Positions 9,984-19,868 of a DNA stretch of 64,000 bases are shown here, piece after piece. The stretch covers positions 1,504,001 to 1,568,000 of the forward strand of contig OZ245015.1 of NCBI GenBank assembly GCA_965223705.1. Reading direction: 5' to 3'. Source of the stretch: Myxococcota bacterium. GTDB lineage: Bacteria > Myxococcota_A > UBA9160 > UBA6930. The position numbers and the translations under genes are program-made. Within the stretch, counting starts at the first letter, position 1. Every line of letters begins with the position of its first letter. The notes under the pieces were generated by a model, which saw nothing but the letters and a program-made list of their open reading frames with translations, did no database searches and was not told the DNA's origin.

Positions 9984-11045
9984 ATGGAACTCGGAATCGC
10001 TGTGGCGTCCGGTGCTGACGCCTTCCACGTGGTCCGCCGAGCGGAAGAGCTCGGCGTCGGGCACGCATGGTTTTACGACTCCCAACTTCTCTACGGGGAA
10101 ATCTTCGCTTCGATGGCCGCGGCCGCGATGAAGACGGAGCGCATTCGCCTGGGTTCCGGCGTTTTGATTCCATCGAACCGCACCGCTCCGATCGCCGCGA
10201 ACGGCTTTGCAACGTTGAACCGGTTGGCTCCCGGCCGGATCGATTTCGGCGTCGGGACAGGTTTCACCGGCCGGCGCACCGTCGGCGCGGACGCGATTCC
10301 GCTTCGCGAACTGAAGGAGCACGTGCGCGTCATTCGCGAACTGTGGGCCGGTGGCACGCCGGAATGGGATTTCGAGGGGAAGCGCCGGAAGATCCGTTTT
10401 CTGAACCCGGAAACAACGCGCCTCAATCTGGGCGACCCGATTCCGCTCTACGTCTCGGCCTTCGGTCCCAAGACCCGCGCGTACACGGCCGAGGCCGCAG
10501 ACGGTTGGATGAACTTCTTGTTCGACGACGAAACCGCGATCGCCGATGTCGCCGACATTCGGGAGTGTTGCCGCGAGCGCGGCCGCGAGCCCGATTCATT
10601 GCACAGCATTGCCTTCACCCTCGGCTGTGTGCTCGAGGCCGGCGAGCCGCCGGACAGCCCGCGTGCAATCGCTCAGGCAGGTCCCCTCGTCGGAGCGATG
10701 CTCCACAACTGGGCGGAAGCCGAAGAGCGTGGCAGCGCGCTGACGTTACCGCCCGCCTGGAGAGGTGTGATCGATGAATACATCGCGCACCACAAGACCT
10801 TTGAACCGCCGGACGCTCGCTACCTCGAAAACCACACCGGTCACCTGATGTTCGTCCGCGACGGCGATCGACGGTTTATCCGGGGCGACATGATTCGCGC
10901 GCTGACGTTCACGGGGACCGTCGGCGAACTCAGGGAACGCGCGCGAGCCTTGGCCGACGCGGGCTATCACCAGATCGCCATACAACTCGTGCCGGATGCG
11001 GAAGACGCACTCGACGCGTGGGTCGACGTGTTTCGGGGCCTCTAG
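9984..11045 (+). CDS. LLM-class flavin-dependent oxidoreductase
   Basis: AEELG..AWFYDSQ, TERIRLGSGV, APGRIDFGVGTG, AFGPKT...ADG. Confidence 0.9.
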   Translation: MELGIAVASGADAFHVVRRAEELGVGHAWFYDSQLLYGEIFASMAAAAMKTERIRLGSGVLIPSNRTAPIAANGFATLNRLAPGRIDFGVGTGFTGRRTVGADAIPLRELKEHVRVIRELWAGGTPEWDFEGKRRKIRFLNPETTRLNLGDPIPLYVSAFGPKTRAYTAEAADGWMNFLFDDETAIADVADIRECCRERGREPDSLHSIAFTLGCVLEAGEPPDSPRAIAQAGPLVGAMLHNWAEAEERGSALTLPPAWRGVIDEYIAHHKTFEPPDARYLENHTGHLMFVRDGDRRFIRGDMIRALTFTGTVGELRERARALADAGYHQIAIQLVPDAEDALDAWVDVFRGL

Positions 11046-12394
11046 GAGAGCCGACTGAGCAGGAGCGTCCCGAAGCCGAGGAAGCTCGCGAAGCCGAACA
11101 GGTCGGTCAGGGTCGTCACGAGGACACCAGAGCCCACTGCCGGGTCGAGTTTCAAGGCCTTGAGCGCCAGGGGAACGGCGGCCCCGAGCACCCCGGCGAC
11201 CATCATCGTCGCCATCATGGTCACGAACAACACGAGACCCAGGTACGCGTTGCCCTGCCACAGATACGCGAGGCCACCGCTGATCGCGCCGGTGACGAGT
11301 CCGATGGCACAGGCCACCGCGAGCTCTTTGCCAACCGCCCGAAGGCCGGTCGAGAACTCGATCTCGCCGAGCGCGATACCACGCGTGATGACGGTGAGCG
11401 CCTGGATTCCGCCGTTGCCCCCCATACCGGCGACGACGGGCATGAAGAAGGCGAGCGCCACGATTTCTTCGAGCGTTCGCTCGAAGAGACCCACCACCCA
11501 TGCCGCGAGAAACGTCGCCGCCAGGTTGAGGAGCATCCACGGCAATCGCTTGCGCACCGCGTGGTGGGCAGGGCTGAAGACGCGGTCCTCTTCCGACAAG
11601 CCCGCGAGCAGATACATGTCTTCCGTCGCTTCTTCGTGAATGACTTCGATGACGTCGTCGACGGTGATCACGCCGAGGATACGACGCTCGGGGTCGACCA
11701 CCGGAACCGCGAGCAGGTTGTAACGCGACACGATGCGAGCGACTTCCTCTTGATCGGCGTCGACGGAAACGCAGACCGGGTCCTCGACCATCATCACGCC
11801 GCAGGTCCGGTCTTTGGGCGCGGCGACGAGGCGACGGATCGGCACCACACCGCGCAGCTGTTCTTTGTCGTTCGTGACGTAGAGGTAGAGGATGGCCTCT
11901 TCGTCGTCCCCGGCCTGGCGAACGCGTTCGATCGCTTCCTCGGCCGTCATGTCTTCGGCCAGCGCGACGAAGTTCGTGTTCATCACCCGGCCGGCGGTCT
12001 CGGCCGGGTAGAGCTCTGCTTTGCGCAAGGCGTCGCGCTTCGGCGGAGGGAGCAGCGTCATCACCGCGTCGTGTCGCTCTTCCGGCAGCCACTCGACGAC
12101 CTCGACCATATCGTCGAGCTCGAGCCGCGCGAGGACCTGGGCGAGTAGCTCGTCGCCCACTGCGTCAAAGACGGTCGGTAACAACTCCGAAGGCAATTCC
12201 TTCAACATGGGCGCCGCGCGCCGTTGTCGGAAGAGGAGATCGACCACGGTACGGATCTCGCTGGGCGTTAGGTCGGAGATCACCGGGCCGACGTCGGCGG
12301 GATGAAGGCGGGCCAGCAGCCGTTCCGCACGCGTGGTCATGCTGCTCGCGAGCAGCCGGCGGAGGATTCGGGTGGTCTCGGTCGTTGTGGCCAC
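11042..12394 (-). CDS. mgtE: Magnesium transporter MgtE
   Basis: HPAD N-domain, CBS pair (ETAGRVM; GVITVDDVI), KRLPW, GMGGNGGIQ, DPAVGSG..TT.TD. Confidence 0.95.
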   Translation of the reverse strand: MATTTETTRILRRLLASSMTTRAERLLARLHPADVGPVISDLTPSEIRTVVDLLFRQRRAAPMLKELPSELLPTVFDAVGDELLAQVLARLELDDMVEVVEWLPEERHDAVMTLLPPPKRDALRKAELYPAETAGRVMNTNFVALAEDMTAEEAIERVRQAGDDEEAILYLYVTNDKEQLRGVVPIRRLVAAPKDRTCGVMMVEDPVCVSVDADQEEVARIVSRYNLLAVPVVDPERRILGVITVDDVIEVIHEEATEDMYLLAGLSEEDRVFSPAHHAVRKRLPWMLLNLAATFLAAWVVGLFERTLEEIVALAFFMPVVAGMGGNGGIQALTVITRGIALGEIEFSTGLRAVGKELAVACAIGLVTGAISGGLAYLWQGNAYLGLVLFVTMMATMMVAGVLGAAVPLALKALKLDPAVGSGVLVTTLTDLFGFASFLGFGTLLLSRLS

Positions 12395-12786
12395 GCGGCG
12401 CTCCGAGAGACTCCGAGGTCTGGCAAGTCGCCCACCCCGGCGGAGCCCCGATGGCCGCGCTTAGGTGGGCGTCGTTCCTGGCACGTGCGATGCGGGCAGC
12501 GGGACCCGCGATGGCCGTGCGACGTGTCGAGTACTTCGTGACATCCGTTGGACGGCTTTGTACTCCAGTTCGGATGACTTCTCTACCCGCCTGACGCTCT
12601 TCTCACGGACCGGCAAGTCGAGCGCGGTCTTTCCGGGTGCTTGCCGACGCTCGACCCCTTTTCTGCACGTCACCCTGCACTCCCGGTTCGATGCAGATAG
12701 GAATCTAAACCGCCGAAAAATAATCGAAATTCTTGTTTTTCCCCAGGGGATTCAAGATTCATGCGCGAATTCTTCCGGGTGGTGCA

Positions 12787-12813
12787 TCAAGCGCGGGTCG
12801 GTGGGACCGATGA
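12787..12813 (+). promoter_or_regulatory. Candidate sigma28-like promoter for the polysaccharide operon
   Basis: TCAA-N15-ACCGATGA, about 70 nt upstream of 12881, next to an AT-rich stretch (12690-12775). Confidence 0.35.
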
Positions 12814-12880
12814 GGGAAAGAGGCGCATTTCTCCCGACGCTGGGAGCGGGTGAAGTTCGCACGCGAAATGAGGTCTTTTC

Positions 12881-14215
12881 TTGTCGGGTCGCTCCCACAA
12901 CCGCCGTCGAAGAACCGTTTCCGCCCGAGACCGCTGGTTTGCGGGAGCGGCGGTGCTCGCGTTGTTCTTCTGCGCGAACGCGCTGGCGCGCGATGCGAGC
13001 TTCGGAACCTGGGATGGGGAGGAGCTCGAGCCCCACGACGTCCATCGAGCGATCAATCAAGCCGAGTGGGCGGCGATGCTGCTCGAAGCGCTCGGCTTGG
13101 CCGACGCTCTGCCCGAGGACCACGATGCGGAGGACCTTTTCTCGCTTCTCTGCGCAAAGCGGGCGCCGCGGAGGGCCCGGGCCGACGCGGGAATCCCCGC
13201 GTCGGGGGCACCGGACGTTTCGATTTTTGAACCGCGATCCGCCCCGAACCAGGGTCTCCGCTGGGTTGCGAAGGTCCCGACGACGGCGCTCTACGCGCTC
13301 TCGGTGACGGGCAGGGGCGCCGCGAACTGGAGCATCGATCGGCGACCGGTCGGGAGAATGGACCCGACCGCACTCGGTCGGGATGTATCGCGTCGATTGA
13401 TGGCGCTGCCTCGCGGTTTTCACGAAGTGGAAGCGAGCGCCTTCCGCGGGCAGGTCGAGACGCTTTCGCTCGTGCCGTACCGAAACCTCTGCATCGCACC
13501 GGCGGGTGGCTGGCGCGCATCTGCACCGCTTACGTACGGAGCGAAGGCGCGATCGCTCGTGCGAGCGTTCGGGATCGAAGACCAACTGCCGCACGCCGAC
13601 GAACCGGTGTTGATCGAAGGCGAGGCGTTTTCCGACGCATCGACGGGTGCGGTGGTCAGCGACCGCAACCTCGGCGCCATCGCCTCGGCCGACCGCTGGG
13701 GAAGCGCCGGCACCGGCACCGCGACGTTCGCCTACCGGCTGGTGCTCGAGGAACCGGCCTTAGTCAGCATCGCCGCCCGGGTTCACGGGGCCGAGCGTCA
13801 ACTCTGGAGTCTCGACGACCACTTCGTCGCCTCGGTAGCACCCCCGCCCGAGGCGCTCTCGTTCGGTTGGATGAAGATCTTCACGCTGCCGCTCCCCTCC
13901 GGTGAGCACCGGCTGCGCGCACAACTTCCGCGAGGCGCGGGGATCGACGTGATCCGGGTTCTGCCGAGGCGCGCATCGGATCGGGATTATCTGAACCTTC
14001 TGGAGAGCATGGGCTTCTCCGAAGGCGCACCGGGAGAAACCGTCTCACTACGAGGCGCGGAGAGCAATCTTTCGCATCCCGCGTTTCGGCCGCTGACGAA
14101 CGATCTCCTGGTTCGGTCTTTCTCCGGAACCGCGCGGGCGATTCGCGTGTTGCAGGAAGACAGCCGCCGCCACTTCGAACGCCCCCTGTCTCCTGTCGTG
14201 CCGTCGGAACTCTGA
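12881..14215 (+). CDS. Secreted protein heading the polysaccharide operon (SLH-like helices + CBM-like beta domains)
   Basis: Signal peptide (..FFCANALA); INQAEWAAMLLEALGL; IEGEAF...GEHRLR...GIDVIRV; stop overlaps next ATG (TGATG). Confidence 0.65.
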   Translation: MSGRSHNRRRRTVSARDRWFAGAAVLALFFCANALARDASFGTWDGEELEPHDVHRAINQAEWAAMLLEALGLADALPEDHDAEDLFSLLCAKRAPRRARADAGIPASGAPDVSIFEPRSAPNQGLRWVAKVPTTALYALSVTGRGAANWSIDRRPVGRMDPTALGRDVSRRLMALPRGFHEVEASAFRGQVETLSLVPYRNLCIAPAGGWRASAPLTYGAKARSLVRAFGIEDQLPHADEPVLIEGEAFSDASTGAVVSDRNLGAIASADRWGSAGTGTATFAYRLVLEEPALVSIAARVHGAERQLWSLDDHFVASVAPPPEALSFGWMKIFTLPLPSGEHRLRAQLPRGAGIDVIRVLPRRASDRDYLNLLESMGFSEGAPGETVSLRGAESNLSHPAFRPLTNDLLVRSFSGTARAIRVLQEDSRRHFERPLSPVVPSEL

Positions 14216-15387
14216 TGCGCGCTTCCACCGTTGCGATCGGTGCGGTTTTTCTCGCCTTCCCCGTAGCCGCGTACGGTGAAGGGGACCCGGAAAAGTTTCG
14301 CGTCGGCGCCAGGGTCCGGACCACGGCGGTCTACGACGACAACTTCGAGAACAACGATCAGAAACTCGATGACCTGGGCTACTGGATCGAGCCTCTCATC
14401 GAAGCCGAGTACCGGCGCCGCTCCATCCGTCTCCGCACGGAGCTCGGCGGCGACGTGCGTATCCACCCGCAGCACAGCGACGACAACGACGGGTTCGTCC
14501 ACGCGGTGGGGGAACTCGATTGGAGACTCGGGCGCGGACTGACCTTCAAGTTGTCCGATGCCTTCGTCCCGAGCCCTCTGGAACTCGGTCAGCCGTCGGA
14601 CGATGTCGGAAACCTCGGTCAAACGAACCGCGCGGAAGCGGAGCTCCGCTACGAGCGCGAGCTGGGGCAACGGCGCAGCGTCTTGTTCGGCGTCCGCGCT
14701 TCGCGCTTCGACACCGAAGGATTCGAAGCGACGCTCGATACCGACGGGGACGGCGCGGCCGAACTCGATCGCGATTTTCGCGCGGACTACTGGCAGGCAG
14801 ATACGTACTTGGAACTGCAGCAGCGATTGGGTCGCAAGCACCGGCTGTACGTGCGGGGCGAGTTGCGGGAAAGGCGATTCGACGACTTCGAGGACGCGGA
14901 CTTCGACGAAGTGTTCGGACTGGTCGGCATGAAAGGTCGGTTGGGAAAGCGCATCCGTTGGGGCGCCGCGTTGGGCTACGGGACTCTCAACTACGATCAG
15001 GGCGATCGCGACGGTCGCATGTTGGGCAACGCCAACCTCGAGTACGCGTTTGGCGCCGGCTACACGCTCGACGCGTCCGTCAGCCGTCGGCTGACCAGCG
15101 ACGCGGCGTTCTCCGATCACCGCGAAACGACCTACCGGGCATCGCTCGAGAAGCGGCTCGGCGCTCGCACTCGGGTCGAGCTCGGCAGCTTCTTGACGAG
15201 CTTTCGTAACAGCGTCACCGGAGGCGGAGACAACCGCGTCTTTGGTGTCGATCTCGAGATACGGCGTCAACTCTGGCGCCGTTTCGAAGGCGCCCTCATC
15301 GGACAGCATTTCAAGAACGCCGGCGATCAAGGCGCCGACGACTTCAGGAAGAACCGTGTTTTTGTCGAACTCACTTATCGCTACTAG
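14215..15387 (+). CDS. Outer-membrane beta-barrel, polysaccharide export (EpsX/Wzp-like)
   Basis: Signal peptide, YDDN motif, amphipathic strands, ends in VELTYRY; directly upstream of the OPX gene. Confidence 0.82.
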   Translation: MRASTVAIGAVFLAFPVAAYGEGDPEKFRVGARVRTTAVYDDNFENNDQKLDDLGYWIEPLIEAEYRRRSIRLRTELGGDVRIHPQHSDDNDGFVHAVGELDWRLGRGLTFKLSDAFVPSPLELGQPSDDVGNLGQTNRAEAELRYERELGQRRSVLFGVRASRFDTEGFEATLDTDGDGAAELDRDFRADYWQADTYLELQQRLGRKHRLYVRGELRERRFDDFEDADFDEVFGLVGMKGRLGKRIRWGAALGYGTLNYDQGDRDGRMLGNANLEYAFGAGYTLDASVSRRLTSDAAFSDHRETTYRASLEKRLGARTRVELGSFLTSFRNSVTGGGDNRVFGVDLEIRRQLWRRFEGALIGQHFKNAGDQGADDFRKNRVFVELTYRY

Positions 15388-16237
15388 CCGCGTTGCGATC
15401 GGCTGCCTCTTGCTCTTCGCGGCAGGGATCGCGGGGGCGACGGACTACCGAATCCGCCCGGGCGATCTACTGGAGATCACCGTCTGGCGAGAGCCCGACC
15501 TGTCGGGCACCCACCGCGTCGGCGCCGACGGCGCTCTGCAGCACGTATTGGTCGGCGCGGTCCCCGTGGAAGGTGCCAGCCTGAGCGAGGCCGGCGCCTT
15601 GATCTCCGAGCGACTGGAGCGCGAATTCCTCCGCGAGGCGCGCGTGGCGATCACGCTCGTCGAATCGACGCATCGGCAGGCATCGGTCCTCGGCGACGTG
15701 CCGGCCCCCGGTCGTTACCCCGTCGACGAAGCGACGCACGTCCTCGATCTGTTGCTCGCCGCCTCGGTTGTTCACGGTGCGGGCGGAACGCTGCTTCGCT
15801 TCGAAGCGGCCCCGGACTCGGGAGCGGTCACGGAACCGACGGAGCGATTGCCCGTCGACGTCGCGGCCCTGCTCCAAGGGCGCTCTTTCGAAGACAACCA
15901 TCGCGTCTTCCCCGGCGACGTTCTCGTCGTGAGCGCCGCACCGGGCGAGGTCAGCGCCGGCCCGCAGCGTCGAGAGCCGGTTCGCGTCGTCGGAGCGGTG
16001 GAGTCGCCCGGGGGATTCGAGCTCGAGCAGGCCAGCACCCTCCTCGACGCCGTGCTCGCGGCGGGCGGACTCGCCGAGTATGCGTCGGGAAACCGGGCAC
16101 GTCTGGTGCGGGGCACGGGTGAGTCGCGCACCGAAACGCGCGTGCGCTTGCGCGATCTTCTGAAAGGGCGAGGCGCCCAAGAGAACCTCGCGCTCGAACC
16201 CGGAGACCTGTTGGTTGTTCCGGAGAGCTTCTTCTAG
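15362..16237 (+). CDS. Polysaccharide export OPX protein (Poly_export + SLBB), short form
   Basis: DYRIRPGDLLEITVWREPDLS, VLGDVPAPGRY, VVGAVESPG, LEPGDLLVVPESFF. Start uncertain (TTG 15362). Confidence 0.88.
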   Translation: MSNSLIATSRVAIGCLLLFAAGIAGATDYRIRPGDLLEITVWREPDLSGTHRVGADGALQHVLVGAVPVEGASLSEAGALISERLEREFLREARVAITLVESTHRQASVLGDVPAPGRYPVDEATHVLDLLLAASVVHGAGGTLLRFEAAPDSGAVTEPTERLPVDVAALLQGRSFEDNHRVFPGDVLVVSAAPGEVSAGPQRREPVRVVGAVESPGGFELEQASTLLDAVLAAGGLAEYASGNRARLVRGTGESRTETRVRLRDLLKGRGAQENLALEPGDLLVVPESFF

Positions 16238-16239
16238 CC

Positions 16240-18072
16240 ATGCTCGGACGCGAAGAGGGGAACGCCGAAGACGCGCGGTTGTCGGATTACGTCGCTTTTT
16301 TGCGGCGCCGGTTCCGCACCGCACTCGGCGTCTGCGCCGGCTTCATGGCGGTCGCGTTTTTCTGGAACGGCAGCCTGCCCGAGGTCTACGAGTCGAGTGC
16401 GCGCGTCGTGATTGGCTCCGCAACCCGCGGGTTCTTTAGCGACACCACCAATCCGATCGAGAGCTACTTGTTCGAGCGTCGCTCTTTCGAAACGCAGCTC
16501 GAGGTCATCGCGAGCGAACCCGTCGCGACCCTCGCGGCGATCGACCTCGGTTGGGTCGCGGAGGATGCGCCCCTCGAGGCGCGGCAACACGCGGCCGGAC
16601 AAGTTCGCGGCGCTCTCTCCGTGCGTCATCTTCGCGACACCCGAATCGCGGTCATCGCGGCGCGCGATTCGAACCCGGCCCGGGCCCGGAACGTGGCAAA
16701 CGCTGTTGCGCGCGCCTACATCGCTTTTTCTCAGCAGGAAGGGCAGGAGGCCCGTTTGCGTTCTGCCGCTTGGTTGACCGAGGAGCTCGACGAGATTCGC
16801 GGTCGATTGCGCACGCGTTCCGAGGAGCTCGTCGCCGCACCGCCAGCGGTGAGCGCCGCACCCGGGCAGGCGGCTCGCGGCCAATCGGAACGGCTCACGA
16901 CGGCGTTGGGCGCGGCGGAGCTCGACTTGGTCGAGTTGCTGCAGCGCTATCGCGAGGGACACCCGCGCGTCGTCGAAGCGCGAGCGCGCGTCGCGCGTCT
17001 GCGCGGAAAGGCCGCGCCGCGCGTGGCGGAAGCGGACCAGGACGCGGCGACGCGCGCGAGACTGCTACAGCGGGACATCGAGCTCGATCATGAGATGTAC
17101 GACGTTCTCCTCAAGAAGCTGAAAGAGATCGACGTATCGGGCTCGATCGGCGAGGCGAATCTCCGAATTCTCGAATCCGCGCGCATGAGCTCCGCACCCA
17201 TCGCGCCGCGGACGACGCGCAACTTGGCCGTCGCTCTTCTGCTCTCGCTTTGCGCCGCGGTCGCCACGGCGTTCTGCATCGACAATCTCGACCGAAGCGT
17301 CGGAACGCCCGAAGAAATCAGACGCTTCTTGGGACTTCCCACCTTGGGCGTCGTCACCCGGCTCGCGCAGCACTCGGGCAGGGCGGGCGCGACCGGCACG
17401 AGCCCCGGCGGCGAGATGTTCCGGACCCTGCGGACGAACTTGCGTTTCAGCCACGTCGATGCCCCGCGTCGGGTCGTTCTCGTGACGAGCGCGGGGCCCG
17501 CGGAGGGCAAGTCGACGGTCATTGCGAACCTCGGTCGGTCGTTGGCAGCGAGCGGGCGCCGCACCTTGTTGATCGATACGGACCTTCGCAAGCCGTCATT
17601 GCATCGCGCCTTCGAGGTCGGACGCACCCCCGGCTTGGTCGATGTCCTGGCGGGCGACGCGTCGGTTACGGACGCCCTTCGCACCACGGAAACGGACGGC
17701 TTGGCACTCTTGACCTGCGGTCCGCGTCCTGCGAACCCGGCCGAACTCATCGAGTCTCGGAAGCTCCAAGAGCTCGTCGCGCAGCTGCGGGAGTCCTTTG
17801 ACTACGTGCTCCTCGACTCGCCGCCTTCGGGCGGACTCATCGATGCGAGCTTGCTGTCGGTACTGGCCGACGGAGTCATCTTCGTCGTCGAACCCCGACG
17901 TTTTGATTCGCGCATCTTGCGCGGCGCCCTGCGTCAGCTCGAGCGGGGCGGAGCGCGCATCTACGGAGCGGTCCTCAACAAGGCGGAGCGCGACGACAAC
18001 GCGTCGGTCTACGGCTACTACGAGTACGGAGAGCCGGCTGAAGTCGTCGCCGCGCCGGTCTCGACGCCGTGA
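16240..18072 (+). CDS. wzc: Wzc-like co-polymerase / tyrosine autokinase
   Basis: Wzz-like N-terminus, GEMFRTLRTNL, TSAGPAEGKST, LIDTDLRKP, LLDSPP, C-terminal YGYYEY cluster. Confidence 0.92.
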   Translation: MLGREEGNAEDARLSDYVAFLRRRFRTALGVCAGFMAVAFFWNGSLPEVYESSARVVIGSATRGFFSDTTNPIESYLFERRSFETQLEVIASEPVATLAAIDLGWVAEDAPLEARQHAAGQVRGALSVRHLRDTRIAVIAARDSNPARARNVANAVARAYIAFSQQEGQEARLRSAAWLTEELDEIRGRLRTRSEELVAAPPAVSAAPGQAARGQSERLTTALGAAELDLVELLQRYREGHPRVVEARARVARLRGKAAPRVAEADQDAATRARLLQRDIELDHEMYDVLLKKLKEIDVSGSIGEANLRILESARMSSAPIAPRTTRNLAVALLLSLCAAVATAFCIDNLDRSVGTPEEIRRFLGLPTLGVVTRLAQHSGRAGATGTSPGGEMFRTLRTNLRFSHVDAPRRVVLVTSAGPAEGKSTVIANLGRSLAASGRRTLLIDTDLRKPSLHRAFEVGRTPGLVDVLAGDASVTDALRTTETDGLALLTCGPRPANPAELIESRKLQELVAQLRESFDYVLLDSPPSGGLIDASLLSVLADGVIFVVEPRRFDSRILRGALRQLERGGARIYGAVLNKAERDDNASVYGYYEYGEPAEVVAAPVSTP

Positions 18073-19868
18073 GACACCTCGCGCTGCCGCTCGCTCTGTT
18101 GGCTTTGGTCGCGACGGCCTTGGTGGGCTATGGCGGTACCACGCCCTGGGCCGCGGCTCTGGCACACCTCCTGATTGCACTGACGGTTCTCGTCTTCGCG
18201 GTTGCTACACGCCGAACCGGCTCGATCAGCGCCTACGTGCTGGTGGGGTCATGGATCGGGCTCGGGGCGATGTCGCTCTCCATCGGAGACTCGGTCGACC
18301 CCGGTCTCGATGCCTTGGGCGCCTTGGTGGCTTCTGCGAGCGTGTTCTTGCTCGCCGAACGCGTCCGCGGTCGCCGCGCGGAGCGCTGGCTTGCGACTGG
18401 AATCGCGAGCCTCGCCGCCGTCGTCTCGGTGTGGGCGATCGTGCGGGTGCCGGCGGACGGCGATGCCCTCGGGCCTTTCGGAAACGCGAACCACCTGGCG
18501 TCCTGGATGCTGCTGCCGGGAGCCCTCGCGCTCGCCGCGTTTCTCGACTCCGACATCCGGAGGCGGGGCCGCCGAGAGTCGGGTTTCCTTTGGTTTCTCT
18601 TGTGCGGCGCAGCCGCTGCCGCCGTCGCGGTGACCGGTTCTCTCGGCGGGGCGATCGCGGGGGCGGTGGCCGCGCTGGTTGCGGTGGGAGGTCACCGGTT
18701 CGTCCGGAACGCGGAGATCCGAAAGGCCGCCGGACAACTCCCCGTGGCGAGGCTTCCGCGGATCGCCTCGCTTTCGCTCCTCGCAGCCTACGTGGCGCTC
18801 GCCGGAGCTCTGACCGTCGGTTCGTCACTCTTCCCCGACGGCATCTCCGTAAAATCGGTGGGAAGCGAGTCGTCCGTGGGGATGCGTTGGGCGGTTTACG
18901 GAGCGGCTTCGCGAGCCGGTCTCGAGCACGCGCCGCTCGGCTCCGGCCTGGGAAGCTTCGCGGAAGCCTTCGCCGCCGAACGGCCGCGAGGACTCCCCTA
19001 CGGCGTTCGGTTCGCGCACAACGAGCCGCTTCACGGATGGGTGGAGCTCGGAGTGCCCTTCCTGCTTCTCGCGCTCGTGTCTCTCACCATCATGGCGAGG
19101 CGTCTTCCCGCGGCGCTCGCGCTCGCTCCCTCGCGCTTTCGCATCGGAGCGATGGCGGGGCTCGCCGGCCTCGCGGTGCACAGTTTGTTCGACTTCCCGC
19201 TCCACGTGCCGGCAATCGCTTGCGTGGCGGCGATCGGCTTGGGTTTTGCCTGGCGTCTCCCCCGAGAAGGAACCGGCCTGCGGCCGCAGTGGTCGAGTGC
19301 TGCGCTGGCGAGTCTGGGCGTGCTCGGGATCGGTTTGTCCGGCACCCAGCTCGTCGCGAGCGCAAACGAGGAGCTGGCCGTTCGGGCGGAAGCGGCCGGC
19401 GACTTTCAGGCCGCGCTCTCCCACGTCGAACGCGGCCTGCGCGCGCGCCCCTGGCGGCCCTCGCTGCGGCAACTGCGCGCCGACAACCTGGAATACGCGG
19501 CCGTCTTCGATGGCGCAAAACTCGGAGACTCGTCCGTTGCCGACGCGCGCGCAGACGCCATCGCGGTAGCGCCGAGGCGCGCGAATTTCCGCCTGCAGTT
19601 CGCTCGGGCTCTCGCGGAGGCAGGTGACGCGGACCGCGCGCGCGAAGAAATCGCGGCGGCGAAGCGCCTCGACCCCGCATCTCCGGCGCCACTGCTCGCC
19701 GCCGCGAATCTCGCTTTTCGCAGCGGAGACCTGTCCCAGGCGGAAGAGCAGATCCGGGCGGCGATCGCCCTCCACCCGGGCTTGGCTTCGGAACTCGCAC
19801 GTCACGCTCCGGTATTGTGGGGACGCGTGCACGCGGTGTCCCTGGCCGAACCGGGGACGAAGAAATGA
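18069..19868 (+). CDS. O-antigen ligase/Wzy_C family protein with C-terminal TPRs
   Basis: Multi-TM; GPFGNANHLA, GSGLGSF, FAHNEPL..WVELG, HSLFDFPLH; TPR-like helices. Confidence 0.85.
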   Translation: MRHLALPLALLALVATALVGYGGTTPWAAALAHLLIALTVLVFAVATRRTGSISAYVLVGSWIGLGAMSLSIGDSVDPGLDALGALVASASVFLLAERVRGRRAERWLATGIASLAAVVSVWAIVRVPADGDALGPFGNANHLASWMLLPGALALAAFLDSDIRRRGRRESGFLWFLLCGAAAAAVAVTGSLGGAIAGAVAALVAVGGHRFVRNAEIRKAAGQLPVARLPRIASLSLLAAYVALAGALTVGSSLFPDGISVKSVGSESSVGMRWAVYGAASRAGLEHAPLGSGLGSFAEAFAAERPRGLPYGVRFAHNEPLHGWVELGVPFLLLALVSLTIMARRLPAALALAPSRFRIGAMAGLAGLAVHSLFDFPLHVPAIACVAAIGLGFAWRLPREGTGLRPQWSSAALASLGVLGIGLSGTQLVASANEELAVRAEAAGDFQAALSHVERGLRARPWRPSLRQLRADNLEYAAVFDGAKLGDSSVADARADAIAVAPRRANFRLQFARALAEAGDADRAREEIAAAKRLDPASPAPLLAAANLAFRSGDLSQAEEQIRAAIALHPGLASELARHAPVLWGRVHAVSLAEPGTKK

